From the NCBI GenBank assembly GCA_951406725.2, contig OX597838.1, forward strand, positions 7,378,001-7,442,000: a stretch of 64,000 nt of DNA. Reading direction: 5' to 3'. This document shows positions 38,605-52,398 of the stretch, one piece after another (position 1 is the stretch's first letter; each line of letters begins with the position of its first letter). The notes below the pieces were generated by a model, which worked only from the letters and a program-made list of their open reading frames with translations, was not told the DNA's origin and did no database searches. The translations under genes were made by a program, and so were the position numbers. The DNA is from Octopus vulgaris. Its lineage: Eukaryota.

Positions 38605-39417
38605 GCATCAACGACAAAGACTACAATTAAAAGGAGTGAGGAATCTTAAAAGACATCCAACATTCACACACATGTGCGCACTCCTTGAAAATTATATAAT
38701 CTTTTATTGCAGGTATTTTTTGTCTTTGAATTGCTTTGTGTTTTTTTTTTATCACCAACACCATCATCATCATCATCATCATCATTTTCTTCGTGCTTTT
38801 GTTTCAGTTTTTCTATTTTTTTCCCCCTTTTTTCTTTTCTTTTTTTTTTTTTTTTTTTTGAAATCTGCCATAAAAAAAATCTGCCTTAGAGGGCGAAAAA
38901 CCTGAGGCGCTTCTCGTTTCTATTTTGTTTGATTAAATGTGGCTTAGTCACGATTCGATTTCTTGGCTAAGTTCAAATAGAATGTTTAAAACTGGACTAC
39001 TCCTCCTTAACAGATAAACGAAAGATAATAGGAGACCATAAAAAAGTGAAAAAGCACACAACAAAATCTATCGTAAAAAGAAATTAATTTCTTTAAAAAA
39101 AAACATAGATACAAAATGTATGAGATAAAAAAAAATATTAGAAAGGAAACAAAAATTAAAATACGTAAATTGAAAGCATTTTCAGGAGAATTAATTCCAA
39201 GATTATATAAACCATCAATGGCTGTAGCTATCTGAGAAAACAAGTTACAAACCGCCGCGCGAAAATAAATCAAAGAATGAAATGAAGTAATATGAAACTT
39301 CTGGATCGCCATCAAATGCAAAAAAAGAAGAAAAAAAAATCTCAAATCTAACGCCACGGTTTTACATTAGTGTATGCCACCACTATTAGTAGTCGACCAA
39401 ATAAATAAATAAAAAGG

Positions 39418-39457
<40 letters not shown>

Positions 39458-39964
39458 ATACTACTAATACTACTATTGTTGTTGCTATTGCTGCTGCTAT
39501 TAGTGCTGCCGGCGCTATCGCAGTTTTTTATGATGTGTCACATCGTTTCGATTAATATTGCAATTCGAAGCTGTTTCCACATCTATGTGTATGCTTATGC
39601 CTGCTTCTTTCTGTGATTTTACATCCGTCCATCGCACAACGAATTGGAAAGATCGATCGGTGCATTGTCAGAAAGATAAAGGGTTTTATTCGATGTATAT
39701 AGATAGAGAAGAAAATAAACACGAAGCTTTAAAAAGGAATTATGATTCTATACGATCAACAAAATTCATGATGATGGCAGCTTAACCTGGCAGTAACCGA
39801 ATAACGGAAACTAGTATAAAAAAATAATCTCAGGCATATTTTGTTGCTCGGGGCTAAATTTTATTAGTAGCAGCCTAATGCCATATTTAGATTGTCAGAC
39901 GAAACGCCGAGTCACATTCAGTTTCCTGGTATTTTGTTTATCTTGTATGCAGTCGGTTTCTATG

Positions 39965-40289
39965 AACCGGAACTCCGTCGTTTACGACGACGAGGGTTCC
40001 ACATGATTCGATCAATGTAACAGCTTGCCCGTGAAATTAATGTGTAAATCGCTGAGTACACGACAGACACGTGTAGCCTTAATGTAGATCTCAGGTAGAT
40101 TCAGTGTGACACAGAATGTGATAAGACCGACCCTTTGAAGTACGGGTACTTCATTTTTACCAGCTGAATGCACTTCATGAACGTGGAATAAAGTGTCTTG
40201 CTCAACAATACAATACACAGCCCAGAATCGAAGACATAATCATACAAAGGTCAGGCGAATGCCCTAACCATTAAGACTCGTGCCTTCAC
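39965..40289 (-). mobile_element. tRNA-derived SINE, family D
   Basis: Minus-strand head gtgaaggcacgagtcttaatggttagggcattcg...ttcgattct, central ttgagcaagacacttt...cagctggtaaaaatgaagtacc and a distinct tail ending ccctcgtcgtcgtaaacgacggag. Confidence 0.65.
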
Positions 40290-40312
40290 CTCTGACCTAT
40301 GACCTACTTATA

Positions 40313-41500
40313 TACGGGTGGACATATCTAACTGCACACGTCTTACACAAGATCAGTAATTACGTATAGACAATGAGAAAAATGGACAATAATGTTTCAT
40401 TAACACTTATAGGTACATCAAAATGCACATATTGCCTCGTTGCTTACAAACGGTTGTGCTCATCACATTCTCTGCTGCAGCGAAGCATTTGCAGCATTGT
40501 TGAACACAATTATCGAATCTCTGTTGAATGCATCTAATGCTGTACCCACTTCTTCACAGCCAATTCTACTACCATGTATCATGGAATCGAAGACTGCCTT
40601 TCATTGGAACTAGCAGATCGATTTCGTAGGGTAACGATCCGGTGCTCTACTATGCACAGGGGAAAACTGACCAGCTCAAAATGAAGATTAATAGATTTAT
40701 TGCTAAATGTGTGCATGGTGACAAAAATCCTCATGGTAAATATAGATCGCTGTCGGATTCTTGCTCAGTATCCTTCTCCTAACATCTGAGTGCCTCGTTA
40801 TGTGGCTCGATGTTTATTTCTACAGCCATTTTCCAGAATACCAATGGAAGAGGATGACAAAATTATCGGCTTCCAAAACTGTTACCATCATTTTTTCTGC
40901 TGCTCACTGGCTCTTGAACTCTTAGGCTTTGTTCAAACTGTGTTGTTCTGTTTGATGTGAACTGTTTTTGTTTCCGGATTTTTATGATCCGTCCATATTT
41001 CATCCTCTATGACAAGATCGTAAAAAAACATGGCTTCATTTGCTTCAAATGCTTTCAGAAGATCAATATATACGTCCACTTTCTTCTTCCTTCACAATAA
41101 TCACTTTGCGCATATTTTCCGATGCCCAAATACATCCACTATCTTCTGTAATGCATTCGGAGCACAATCCAATTTACAACAAGCTGAAGAACTGTGACTC
41201 GTCCCTTCGCACGTATGAATTCGTTCATTCGCTGTCGATTTGAGTTAGTGATGATACTTTATGATTTCTCACAGCGTCGTTAACCTTCGATGCTAATTTC
41301 ATCTCTAACTTTCTTCATCCCTTGTGATCGTTTCTCTTTTCAATAGTGACATCTCCGTAAGTATCATGTTGCCTCGTGCGGTTATCGGACAGCTTGCATC
41401 CCTTCCTTCGTCAAAAACCCAGTAATGGCACAACTTTAATCGGAACCCGTCGTTTGCCAACAGTGAACAATGACAACAAGATGAGATAGTATAGAAGTAG
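40313..41500 (-). pseudogene. Heavily decayed mariner transposase element
   Basis: Minus-strand remnants LGHRKICAK (cf. LGxRKVCARWVP), LVIEDEIWTDHKNPETK (cf. IVTGDETWVHHYDPETK) and MMVTV. The left end tatacgggtg is TA-flanked and TIR-like; the right boundary is approximate. Confidence 0.65.
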
Positions 41501-42100
41501 CGTTTCTCGCACTATGTGCAACTTGAAATGTCATGCTTGCATGCATATTCCTTTCGCTTCATTATTCGTAAATATTTCCAACTTATTCCAAAACAGGCTA
41601 AGTGAAACTATGATTATATTCAATTTAAATTATTCATAATTATTGAAAGAATCTTTGCCTCTTTAAATGCAGAAAACGACTGAATTCATTAGAATCTCCG
41701 TAATTTGTAAGATATGTAACGTGGCCTTTCATTGGACATTGTCAAATGGCTTGAAGAAATCCAATAATTGATGATTTTTGCTCGAAGAGTTGAAGTCTAT
41801 CTTTAACTGTTCGAAGGATGAATGGTAACAGTACACAGAAATTCTATTAAGGACCAAATATGGGTGGTTTAGTAAGGTTCAGGTTTAGAGTCTAATTTCT
41901 CTAATTTCAAAGTAGGTGCCGTTCAGTTTTCGTTAGAAATGGCAAAATTGAAACCTTTGGTTTGTTTCAATAAATCCCATCGTTGGAGAAGACCAACAGA
42001 TGTTTGTGAATGAACAGTTTCATCTGGGGCGATAACTGGTATGTTCTGTGAACTTGCTGTCATGGTTCGTAATTATTTTAGTCAATGTTGGTTCTATATT

Positions 42101-42380
42101 ATGGTTGTATACTGTCAATCTAACAAGAACGTGACAGTAGGGGGTACACCACCGTTGTATAGCCCTAGGAGGCATCGAACGCCTCCTGACAGCTTCGACA
42201 CATTTTTTCCCTGTGTCTTTATATACATATATGAAGGGGAGACACACAATATATGTATATAAGGACACAGGGAAAAAATGTGTCGAAGCTGTCAGGAGGC
42301 ATTCGATGCCTCCTAGGGCTATACAACGGTGGTGTACCCCCTACTGTCACGTTCTTGTTAGATTGACAGTACACAACCAT
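42101..42380. repeat. Long inverted repeat: 132-bp arms, 16-bp spacer, 3 mismatches
   Basis: 42101-42232 is the reverse complement of 42249-42380 (compared by eye). Confidence 0.95.
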
Positions 42381-42881
42381 TCTATCGCCCCACCACCGTA
42401 CATGTCTCTACGAGAGATTTAGAAAGTCAATATTTCTGGTTCTATATTATTGTGAAGGAAACATTGCAGAGACGAAGGTGGCATTAGAAGACGTAGAATA
42501 TTCAAATCCTTCCTAATAGAACAAAAGTAAGTCCGTCCGGGCCAGTACTAAAGTGCTTTAATGTCCCAGACATGTTGTAACCTAACAAAACAGAATGAGA
42601 ACTGCTCATAACACTACATAGAAAAAAACCGAAGCCGTGCATCATTTATGAGACATTTTGGCAGCCATCAACTTTTTTCCTGGAAAATTATTTATGTGGC
42701 TCGGCAAGGTTTTCAACAGCTTCCGCAATACACAAGTTTAGATTTATCGCAGACTATGGAAGACATGGAACGTACTATACTGAGAATCGTTGCTATTCGT
42801 GCTGATAACATAACTATTAAAGATTTAAATGGATAAACGTAAATGAAAATTACACAGCAGGAATACGAAATTGTTGAAATA

Positions 42882-43020
42882 CTAACAGGACCCGTGAATA
42901 TTTAACGGAATTAATAGTAAACCAATTGTTTCTGAAAACTTTCTCTGAAAACTATATCCAAAAACCTTAAAGTGCAGCCTGTGTTTTGTCTGTATGGAAA
43001 GATACTTGGTCGTCTGCTAC
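42882..43020 (-). mobile_element. Fragment of a Helitron-like repeat (3' end), related to 49229-49360
   Basis: Shares ggacccgtg.atattt.ac.gaattaa..gtaaacc and tgtct.tatggaaag with the 49.2 kb copy. The minus strand ends in a hairpin plus TTAG|T. Confidence 0.45.
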
Positions 43021-43115
43021 TCATTGTAAATAAAAGAAATTGGTATACGATGATTATCTAATGCAATTTATATGTATATTTATTTTATTTTGTGCACAAT
43101 TTTAGAGACTTACTC

Positions 43116-43328
43116 TCTTACTTGTTTCAGTCATTTGACTGCGGCCATGCTGGAGCACCGCCTTTAGGTGAGCAAATCGACCCCCAGGACTTATTCTTTG
43201 TAAGCCTAGTACTTATGGTAAGGGTCTGCTTTGCCGAATCGCTAAGTTACGAGGAAGTAAACACACCAGCATCGGTTGTCAAGCGATATTGGAGAAAAAA
43301 ACACAGAGACACAAACATATACAAACAT

Positions 43329-43397
<69 letters not shown>

Positions 43398-43502
43398 ACG
43401 GGCTTCTTTCAGTTTCCGTCAACAAAATCCACTCACAAGGCCTTGGTCGGCCCAAAGCTATAGTAGAAGACACTTCCCCAATGTGCCATACAGTGGGACT
43501 GA
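43116..43502 (-). mobile_element. SINE family B (head truncated)
   Basis: Reverse complement of the family B body and tail, with internal (TA)n. Confidence 0.88.
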
Positions 43503-44043
43503 ATGTATGTACTTTCAAGCATATAGTTGCATATGTAGACATGTTCATATATATATATATATAAATGTTAAACGTTTGGAAAGAATTACAGATTATGTAG
43601 TTAAAGTGATTTTTTAAATATGTATGTATGTATATATGTATGTATGTATACATATATTTACGTATTTATATTTGGTTGTGTACAGGTATGAACGAGTATG
43701 TGTTAACATTTCCAACTATATCGAATTTTTTATGTTTGTCTCTAGATATGTCCATCTTACAATTTCTTCGTATTATTCTCCTTTAATCAACCTACAATAT
43801 AAACGCCCACATTGATGAAATCTCTCCTTCAGACTACAAAGAATGCACAAAATCTTCAATCCATCCCAGTTATGTTGTTTTTGTCAAATTATTCGCATAG
43901 ATATATCATTTTAAAATATGCGAAAATTACAACATTCCAATAAATGAATGTATGCACCGGTGTGTATATGCACATGTACTTGCATATATGTATGTATATG
44001 TATAAACACACACACATACATATATACACAAACATACGCAAAC

Positions 44044-44080
<37 letters not shown>

Positions 44081-44173
44081 TATAGATATAATAATATTAG
44101 GGAGAATATCCAGACTTACAGGGAAAAATTTATCTCTAATTTAATTTATATATGTATGTATATATATAAATAT

Positions 44174-44579
44174 GTGTGGTAAGTAGCTTGTTTACCAACC
44201 ACATGTTTCCGGGTTCAGTCCTACTGCGTGGCATCTTGGGAAGTGTCTTCTGCTATAGCCCCGGGCAGACCAATGCCTTGTGAGTAGATTTGGTAGACGG
44301 AAACTGAAAGAAGCCTGTCGTATATATATATGTATATATATATATATATATGTGTGTATGTGTGTGTGTGTGTTTGTGTGTCTGTGTTTGTCCCCCTAGC
44401 ATTGCTTGACAACCGATGCTGGTGTGTTTACGTCCCCGTCACCTAGCGGTTCGGCAAAAGAGACCGATAGAATAAGTACTGGGCTTACAAAGAATAAGTC
44501 CCAGGGTCGATTTGCTCGACTAAAGGGGGTGCTCCAGCATGGCTGCAGTCTGAAACAAATGACTGAAACAAGTAAAAGT
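44174..44579 (+). mobile_element. SINE family B
   Basis: gtgtggtaagtagcttg...ccgggttcagtcctactgcgtggcatcttgggaagtgtcttc, internal (TA)n(TG)n and tail gactgaaacaagtaaaag. Confidence 0.9.
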
Positions 44580-45118
44580 GTATACATAAATATATATGTA
44601 TATAGATATGCATATATATTATATATACGTATATATGTGTGTGTGTGTGTGTATGTGTGTATGTGTGTGTGTTGACATACATGCTTACATACATGCTAAT
44701 ATATTGTGTGTGAATAATATATGTCTGCATGGTGTGTTTTGTTTGGGGTGGTTTTGTTAAAATTTACTTGGCGTTTAATCCATTTGCTTTCATTCACGTT
44801 CATGTGTCTCCATGTATGTTAACATCAGTTGCGGATGTGTGTGAGTGTATAAGGTAGGAGCAAAAACTATATTTCATAAATGAATGAAAAACAAGACGGC
44901 ATGAAGTAATCTAACGGTGTAGTGGGGGGGGGTGTATTGATTTCTCTCATTGCTAAGATACGAATTCCTTAGGAATTGTGACAGTAGTTTTCAAATACAA
45001 AAGTTTTAAACAGAAAACTTCTCAAATACGAAAGATAACACAGCACAACTGAACGAAATATGAAGCAAAAACCTGTACATATAATATAGATTTCTGTATA
45101 TGTATATATATACATATG

Positions 45119-45151
<33 letters not shown>

Positions 45152-45177
45152 GCATACATACACACACACACACATAC

Positions 45178-45242
<65 letters not shown>

Positions 45243-45502
45243 TATTTATATATAACATACCTATATGTATTTATATATACATATATGTATACATTTATGT
45301 ATATCAATACATTTATATATATATATTATATATGTATATATACATTTTATTTGCATGTATATCGTATAAACGTAGGCATACACATGCATGTATACACACA
45401 TATATAGATGTGTGTGTATACTCATGTACACGTTGGTATACGAAAAATATATATGTATATATATGTATATATATATATATATATACATATATACATACAT
45501 AC

Positions 45503-45542
<40 letters not shown>

Positions 45543-46012
45543 CTTATAGCCTTTAATCCCAGGGGGTTACGATAGAAAAGAATGAAGATTGAATGAAATA
45601 AAAATAAGAATGGTGTAATGAATTACCCGATGAAGAACTGAACACAAGAATCATAGAAATATATGAGGGACTGACAGAAATAATACCTCTGAGCGAAAGA
45701 TGGGACGTACACAAATAGGGAATGGTGGTAGGATGGAAACACAGGAAGAAAGGCGGGAAGAAAGTGTGAAGGGAGCGAGTAGAGAGAAGAAGAACGAGAG
45801 AACGGAGAAAAGGAATACAGAATGATATTGTCTGAGATATTTTAGATAAAGATATTATAAACTTTAAAAAAATATTAAATTATATTTTTAAACTTAAAGC
45901 AAACAGAAATAAATTCTTCATCTGTACATTAACACAAAATCATGAATATAAATAACTATGGATGTGCTTTGTCTGTATATGTATATTTGTGTATACACGC
46001 TCATAAACACAG

Positions 46013-46064
<52 letters not shown>

Positions 46065-46124
46065 AAATGTATATATAGGAATATATATGTATATATATAT
46101 ATGTATATATATAAACATATATAT

Positions 46125-46178
<54 letters not shown>

Positions 46179-46516
46179 ATGTATATGCATATATATATAT
46201 ACATAGAGATATACACTTAGAGATATAGATTGAAAATCAGATGGAGGGTTAGGTAGTAGGTAGATACGTACCGGATGCACGCGTATATATTCACACCTAC
46301 TCATAAACTCAGGTATACGCACACATATACACACACACACACACACATGTATACTTCAGGGATGGAGAGACACGCGCTATAACAGTACAAGGAAGGTGGT
46401 GTAGAGAATAACATGTATACAATTACATATATCCTAATGTGTGTTCATGAGACTGTGTGTTTCTAGGTACACATAATATATATATGTATATATATATATA
46501 CATATATATGTATATA

Positions 46517-46556
<40 letters not shown>

Positions 46557-46635
46557 TATATATGTATATATATATATATATATATATGTATGTCTATCTA
46601 TCTATCCAGCCTTATACACACACACACACACACAC

Positions 46636-46677
<42 letters not shown>

Positions 46678-46767
46678 TACCTAATTTATAATTCTGATAC
46701 ATAAATATGTGCATGTATAGTCAAGTTGTACATTTATATTTGTAAAAAAATTAACAACTGCTTATAA

Positions 46768-46825
<58 letters not shown>

Positions 46826-46927
46826 ATGTGTGTGTGTGTGTGTGAGTCTTTGTGTATGCAAATATATAAGTCTGCTTGTGTCGGTGTTTGTAAACAAATG
46901 TATGCATGTGTATATACATATATATAA

Positions 46928-46982
<55 letters not shown>

Positions 46983-47524
46983 AGCGTGTGCGTGTGTGTA
47001 TATATGTATACGTATATAAATATATTTGTTTATGCATATTTTTATGAATATATATGCATATATATATATACCTAAATACGTCTATTTACATATATGTGTG
47101 TGTATGTGGTCCGTGTGTGTGTGTGTATGTGTAATTTAATTTCAGCTAATCAAAAAAAAAAAATTGTGTATTACATTCTAAAGTTAGACTAAGTATCATG
47201 CCAGTAAAATTGTCGTGTGAGATTTTCTCGTGAGATATCAAATTTATTATTATACCTGCTGTATTCTTTCGGAAAATAGCAGAATAAAGAAAAAGAGGGA
47301 AAAAAAATCTGTCTTCTATTGATTCACATTTGATAGGAGAATATTAGAGAAAAAGACGTAATGCCGTTAAGCAGTGGATTTGGGGAATTCATCTTTGGAA
47401 AATATTCGCCATTTATATCAAAAGGCAATACAATACGCCATTGCTGAATATGTGTGTTTCTGTGTTTGTTTGTTCGCTGGATGGATTATTTGTTTTGTTT
47501 GTTTGAGTACATATCATTCGAAGG

Positions 47525-47569
47525 AATAATAATAATAATAATAACAATAACAATAAAATAATAATAATT

Positions 47570-47600
<31 letters not shown>

Positions 47601-47646
47601 TAATAATGATAATATCAATAATAATAAAAATAATAATAATAATATA

Positions 47647-47730
<84 letters not shown>

Positions 47731-47750
47731 ATTATTATTATTGATTATTA

Positions 47751-47826
<76 letters not shown>

Positions 47827-48153
47827 GGTAGGAAGAGAAGAAGTGAACAATACTACTATCACAACAACAACAATAATATAACTAATAATAATAATAATAA
47901 TAATTATAATCATTATGATGATGATGGTGGTGGTGCTGGTGATGATAACCATGGTCATGGTAATAATGATAAGATAATGAGGAGGAGAACACTAATGGCG
48001 ATGATGATGGCAAGGATGAGGATGAAGGTATTAATGATAATATTAATACTGCTAAAGATTCCGCTGCTGCTGCTGCTGCTGTTGATGATAACATCAACGA
48101 CATCAAAAATAATTAGGACAGCAGCAATTACAAAAACAAAAGGAACAGAAAGC

Positions 48154-48209
<56 letters not shown>

Positions 48210-48213
48210 TAAT

Positions 48214-48246
<33 letters not shown>

Positions 48247-48277
48247 AATAATACTGATGAAAATGATAAAAATTATA

Positions 48278-48336
<59 letters not shown>

Positions 48337-49087
48337 TCTAAAAGTGATAATATTAATATTAATAAGGTTAATCCGTTAGCAAGAAAACGAAAATGAATAT
48401 AAATTCTCAAATGGGATTTGCAAATATAGAAGTAATGATAGTTTTGATGATGATCATGATGATGATCATCATCATCATCATGATCATGATGTTAGCGATG
48501 ATAACGATGACCAGGAGAAGGAGGAAGGGGGGGCATGGGGAGGGGGAGGAGAGGAAGAGGAGTACGCGATTTTGACAGCAACGGAGATGGCGAACACAAT
48601 GAGTGTGGTAGTGATGATGATATAGAACAGGAGGAGGAGGAGGAGGGCAGGAGGAGGAAGAGACGAGAAAGTAAGGATGGAAGTAAATATTATGATGATA
48701 GTGGTGATGACGCTGATGATGATGATGATGATGAGGAGGAGGAGGAGGAGGAGAATGAAAGTGATGATGATGGTGATATTAATGGTGATAATGACGATGA
48801 TGATGGTAATGTTGGTGATGATGATGCTTATGATGACAATGACGATGATTATAATGATGAGGATGATGAAAGTGATGATGAGGATGAGGATGAGGTGGGG
48901 GAGGAGGAGGCGACTGAAGATGATGATGGTGAAGGTGGTGATGGTGATGATGATGATGTTGATGATGATGATGAGGAGGAGGAGGAGGAGGCGACTGAAA
49001 GTGATGATGGTGAAGGTGGTGATGGTGATGATGATGAGGAGGGTGATGATGATAATGATGACGATTATGATGATGATGATGATGATG

Positions 49088-49152
<65 letters not shown>

Positions 49153-49180
49153 TATTATTATTATTATTATTATTATTATT
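47525..49180. repeat. Compound (AAT)n/(ATT)n/(GAT)n/(GAG)n low-complexity zone
   Basis: Directly visible; includes a local duplication of gaggaggaggcgactgaa..tgatgatggtgaaggtggtgatggtgatgatgatg (~48901 and ~48982). Confidence 0.9.
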
Positions 49181-49228
49181 TATTTACCAAAAGTTTAATC
49201 TGTTGCGCGTTTGAAATAATAATAATAA

Positions 49229-49597
49229 CTAGTGGGACCCGTGGATATTTCACTGAATTAACGGTAAACCTATTGGGTTCCATCAGACAACTTTATCCCA
49301 AACCCCTAAAAGCGTAGCCGGTGTTGTGTCTATATGGAAAGTATTACTATGACCACTTAATGCACTTTATATATACACTTAGTTTACTTTATTTAGAATT
49401 TTATAGACTTAATACACAGCACTCATAAAATAAGTATTCACACGTATTTCTTTCATTTTCCCCGTAAAGAAACAAAAAAATATATCTCGTACATATAATA
49501 CAACTTTTAGCTAAATTGCATCTATCTGTCACATAATTAAGCGTGAATATTTCACGGAATTGCACTCATGAGCATGCGTGACAGGTGATATATAAAA
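49229..49597 (-). mobile_element. Putative non-autonomous Helitron-like element
   Basis: The minus strand ends cagtgaaatatccacgggtcccaCTAG|T, i.e. a subterminal hairpin, CTAG and a following T. A related copy lies at 42882, and the gtgaatatttcacggaatt motif recurs at ~49543. Confidence 0.45.
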
Positions 49598-50110
49598 CTT
49601 AGTTCAATTTTAAAGAAAACAATATAGTTTTCACTATCTGTGCATCACTGCTACCTCCACCACCAAACGTCTCCACCACAATCATCGTCACATCCTTCTC
49701 CCCCCTCAAGTTTTTCACCTTTCTCTCCCTTCTCTTTCTCCCCATATGCTTTTATTTAACCCCCCCCCCCACAACCACCACCATCAGAACATCACCCCTC
49801 TGCTAAAATTATATTTTTAACTTCCTTTTGCCTTCAACTAACTTTTTCTAACCACGAAATAAATATTACGTTCCCCGTTTAACACGTCATGGACGCTCTT
49901 TTATATCTCTCTCTCTCTCTCTCATCCTTCGCCATACTCTACTTTTCTCTCTCCTTTTTCTTCCTCCTCTCTTTTCCCTCAATTAATCACTTGAAAGCGT
50001 TGCAATTACGTTCCGTCCCCCTCACGACACTGCCGCTCCTCCTTCACTTTTTCTCTAATCACATGAGAACGTTACCAATGGGTTAGGTGATGTAATGGCA
50101 CGCAGAAGCA

Positions 50111-50142
<32 letters not shown>

Positions 50143-50619
50143 ATGATAATAAATTTTAAATTCTGGTACGAGTCCAAAATCACTGCGGGTGGCTGCCAAG
50201 CATAATCGAGTACATTCACCCTAGAATTTGATTCGTAACATATTTGATCGAAATGTGACTTTTTGACTTGGGAATTATTGGAAATTAGAACGCAAAGGAC
50301 CGGAGGAACTGCTAAATTTATTGCCTGACACGCAGACGATTCTGACATCGACATTTTATATCTTACATCTTTCCAAAAAAAAAAAAATAATAATAATAAT
50401 AATAATATTGTTCCGTATATCGGCCAGAATTTATTTCTATTCATTTCGAAAGGTCACAGAAAAGACTTCCACTTGTTTCCAAGAAGCATAAGTACCTGGT
50501 TTCAGAATATATTGGACAAGGCCTAAATATCATTTCTGATGAAGTCATGCAATGGAGACCCCAACAGAAACATGCTGGAAAACAAAATCTTTATGTCTCA
50601 TACTATCGATAGATAAATA

Positions 50620-50804
50620 AACGTGCATGAAAGTGTGTGTGTGTGTGTGAGTATGCATGTGTGCGCGTGTATGTGCTTTTGTTTGCGTGAGTTTGTTTAG
50701 CTATTGTTGTGCAAGTTTTCAATTAGGAATAATTTGTACCACAATTTCAAAATCCATAATTACGTTTACTTAGCTTGGGCATTTTGTTTATTGTTTGAGT
50801 ATTT

Positions 50805-50847
<43 letters not shown>

Positions 50848-51217
50848 TGAATATGTGTGTGTGTCTGTGTGTGTATGTGTATGTTTGTTTATGTGTGCGT
50901 GTGAGTGTATGTGTGCGTGTGTCTATGTTTGTGTATGTGTGTTTATGTATGCGTGCGTGTGTTATATGTGCGTGTGTTTGTGCTTATGTGTGCGTGATTG
51001 TGTGTGTGCGTGCGTATGTGTTTGTCTGTGTGTATGCGTGTGCATATGTGTGCGTATGGGTGTTTATGCACGTTTGAGTGTGTGTGTGTGTGTTTATGTG
51101 TAGTGAGTGTGTTTATTTGTGTTTGTATGTGTGCGTGTGTGTGTTTATATCTGTGTATGCCTGTGTATGCGTGCCTGTATTTGCGTACGTGTGAGCGCGT
51201 GTGTGTGTGTGTGTGCT

Positions 51218-51250
<33 letters not shown>

Positions 51251-51290
51251 GTGTATGTGTGTATGTGTGTGTGTACGTGTATGTGTCTGC
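50620..51290. repeat. Degenerate (GT)n microsatellite
   Basis: Directly visible. Confidence 0.9.
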
Positions 51291-51912
51291 TTATGTGAAA
51301 AGTTGCTCCTATCGTTCTTGGCATTGTGGGAGTCTACGAATAAATAATAGTTTCGAATCACAATCTCGACATACGTCACTATTGATATTTTTCTTCTCAT
51401 CTCTTTAAATCGTTCCATTAGTTTCAACGTGTGTCTGCCTCTCTAACTATCTGTCTGTATGTCTGTGTGTCTTGTCTGCAAACGTCTTCTTTCGATTAGG
51501 GAATACGTCTGGTCGCCATTTTGTAATGAAGGTTGGCTAACGGAGATGATATTTTCAAAAATGATATTTCCCTGAAATCAATGTGATACTAAAAAGCAAA
51601 AATGTTTCTAATGAAACTTTGCACGTCATTCATTTTTATTTTATCATGCAACAAGATTTATCTGAGTGTGTGTATGTCGAAGGGAATGAGGTTGTGATTG
51701 TGCGCATGTCTGTGTGTCTACAAGCGAATGCGCGGCGTATTTATATTCCTTATTATATTTAAATATTTCAGGTCATACACACATGCATTCATCTGCACAC
51801 ACACACACACAAACAGAGGGACACACACATATATATGCTTTCAAATATGTATACACAGACATATATATTTATATCAATATACATACACACACACACAAAC
51901 ACACACACACAT

Positions 51913-51949
<37 letters not shown>

Positions 51950-52115
51950 GGCGCAGAGTGGCTGTGTAGTAAGTAGCTAGCTTACCAACCACATGGTCCT
52001 CGGTTCAATCCCACTGCGTGGCACCTTGGGCATGTGCCTTGTACAATAACCTCTTGGCGCCCAAAGCATTGTGAGTGGATTTGGTAGATGGAAACTGAAA
52101 GAAGCCTGTCGTATG

Positions 52116-52176
<61 letters not shown>

Positions 52177-52398
52177 GTGTGTGTATGTTTGTGTGTCTGT
52201 GTTTGTCCCCCCAAGGACGCTTGACAACCGATGCTGGTGTGTTTACGTCCCAGTAACTTGTCGCTTCGGTAAAAGACACCGATAGATTAAATACTGGGCT
52301 TACAAAGAATAAACTCTGGTGTCGATTTGCTCGACTAAAGGCAGTGCTCCAGCATGACCACAGTCAAATGAAAGAAACAAGTAAAAGAATAAAAGAAT
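51950..52398 (+). mobile_element. Full-length tRNA-derived SINE, family B, with CORE-like segment and internal microsatellite
   Basis: Head ggcgcagagtggctgtgtagtaag...ggttcaatccc, then ggcaccttgggcatgtg (resembles the CORE ccttgggcaagt), internal (TA)n(TG)n and an (AAAAGAAT)-type tail. Confidence 0.9.

Noticed and set aside
48535-49317. 260-aa acidic Asp/Glu-rich ORF
   Set aside because: It is derived from (GAT)n/(GAG)n/(AAT)n tracts and runs into a repeat element; there is no evidence of coding function.
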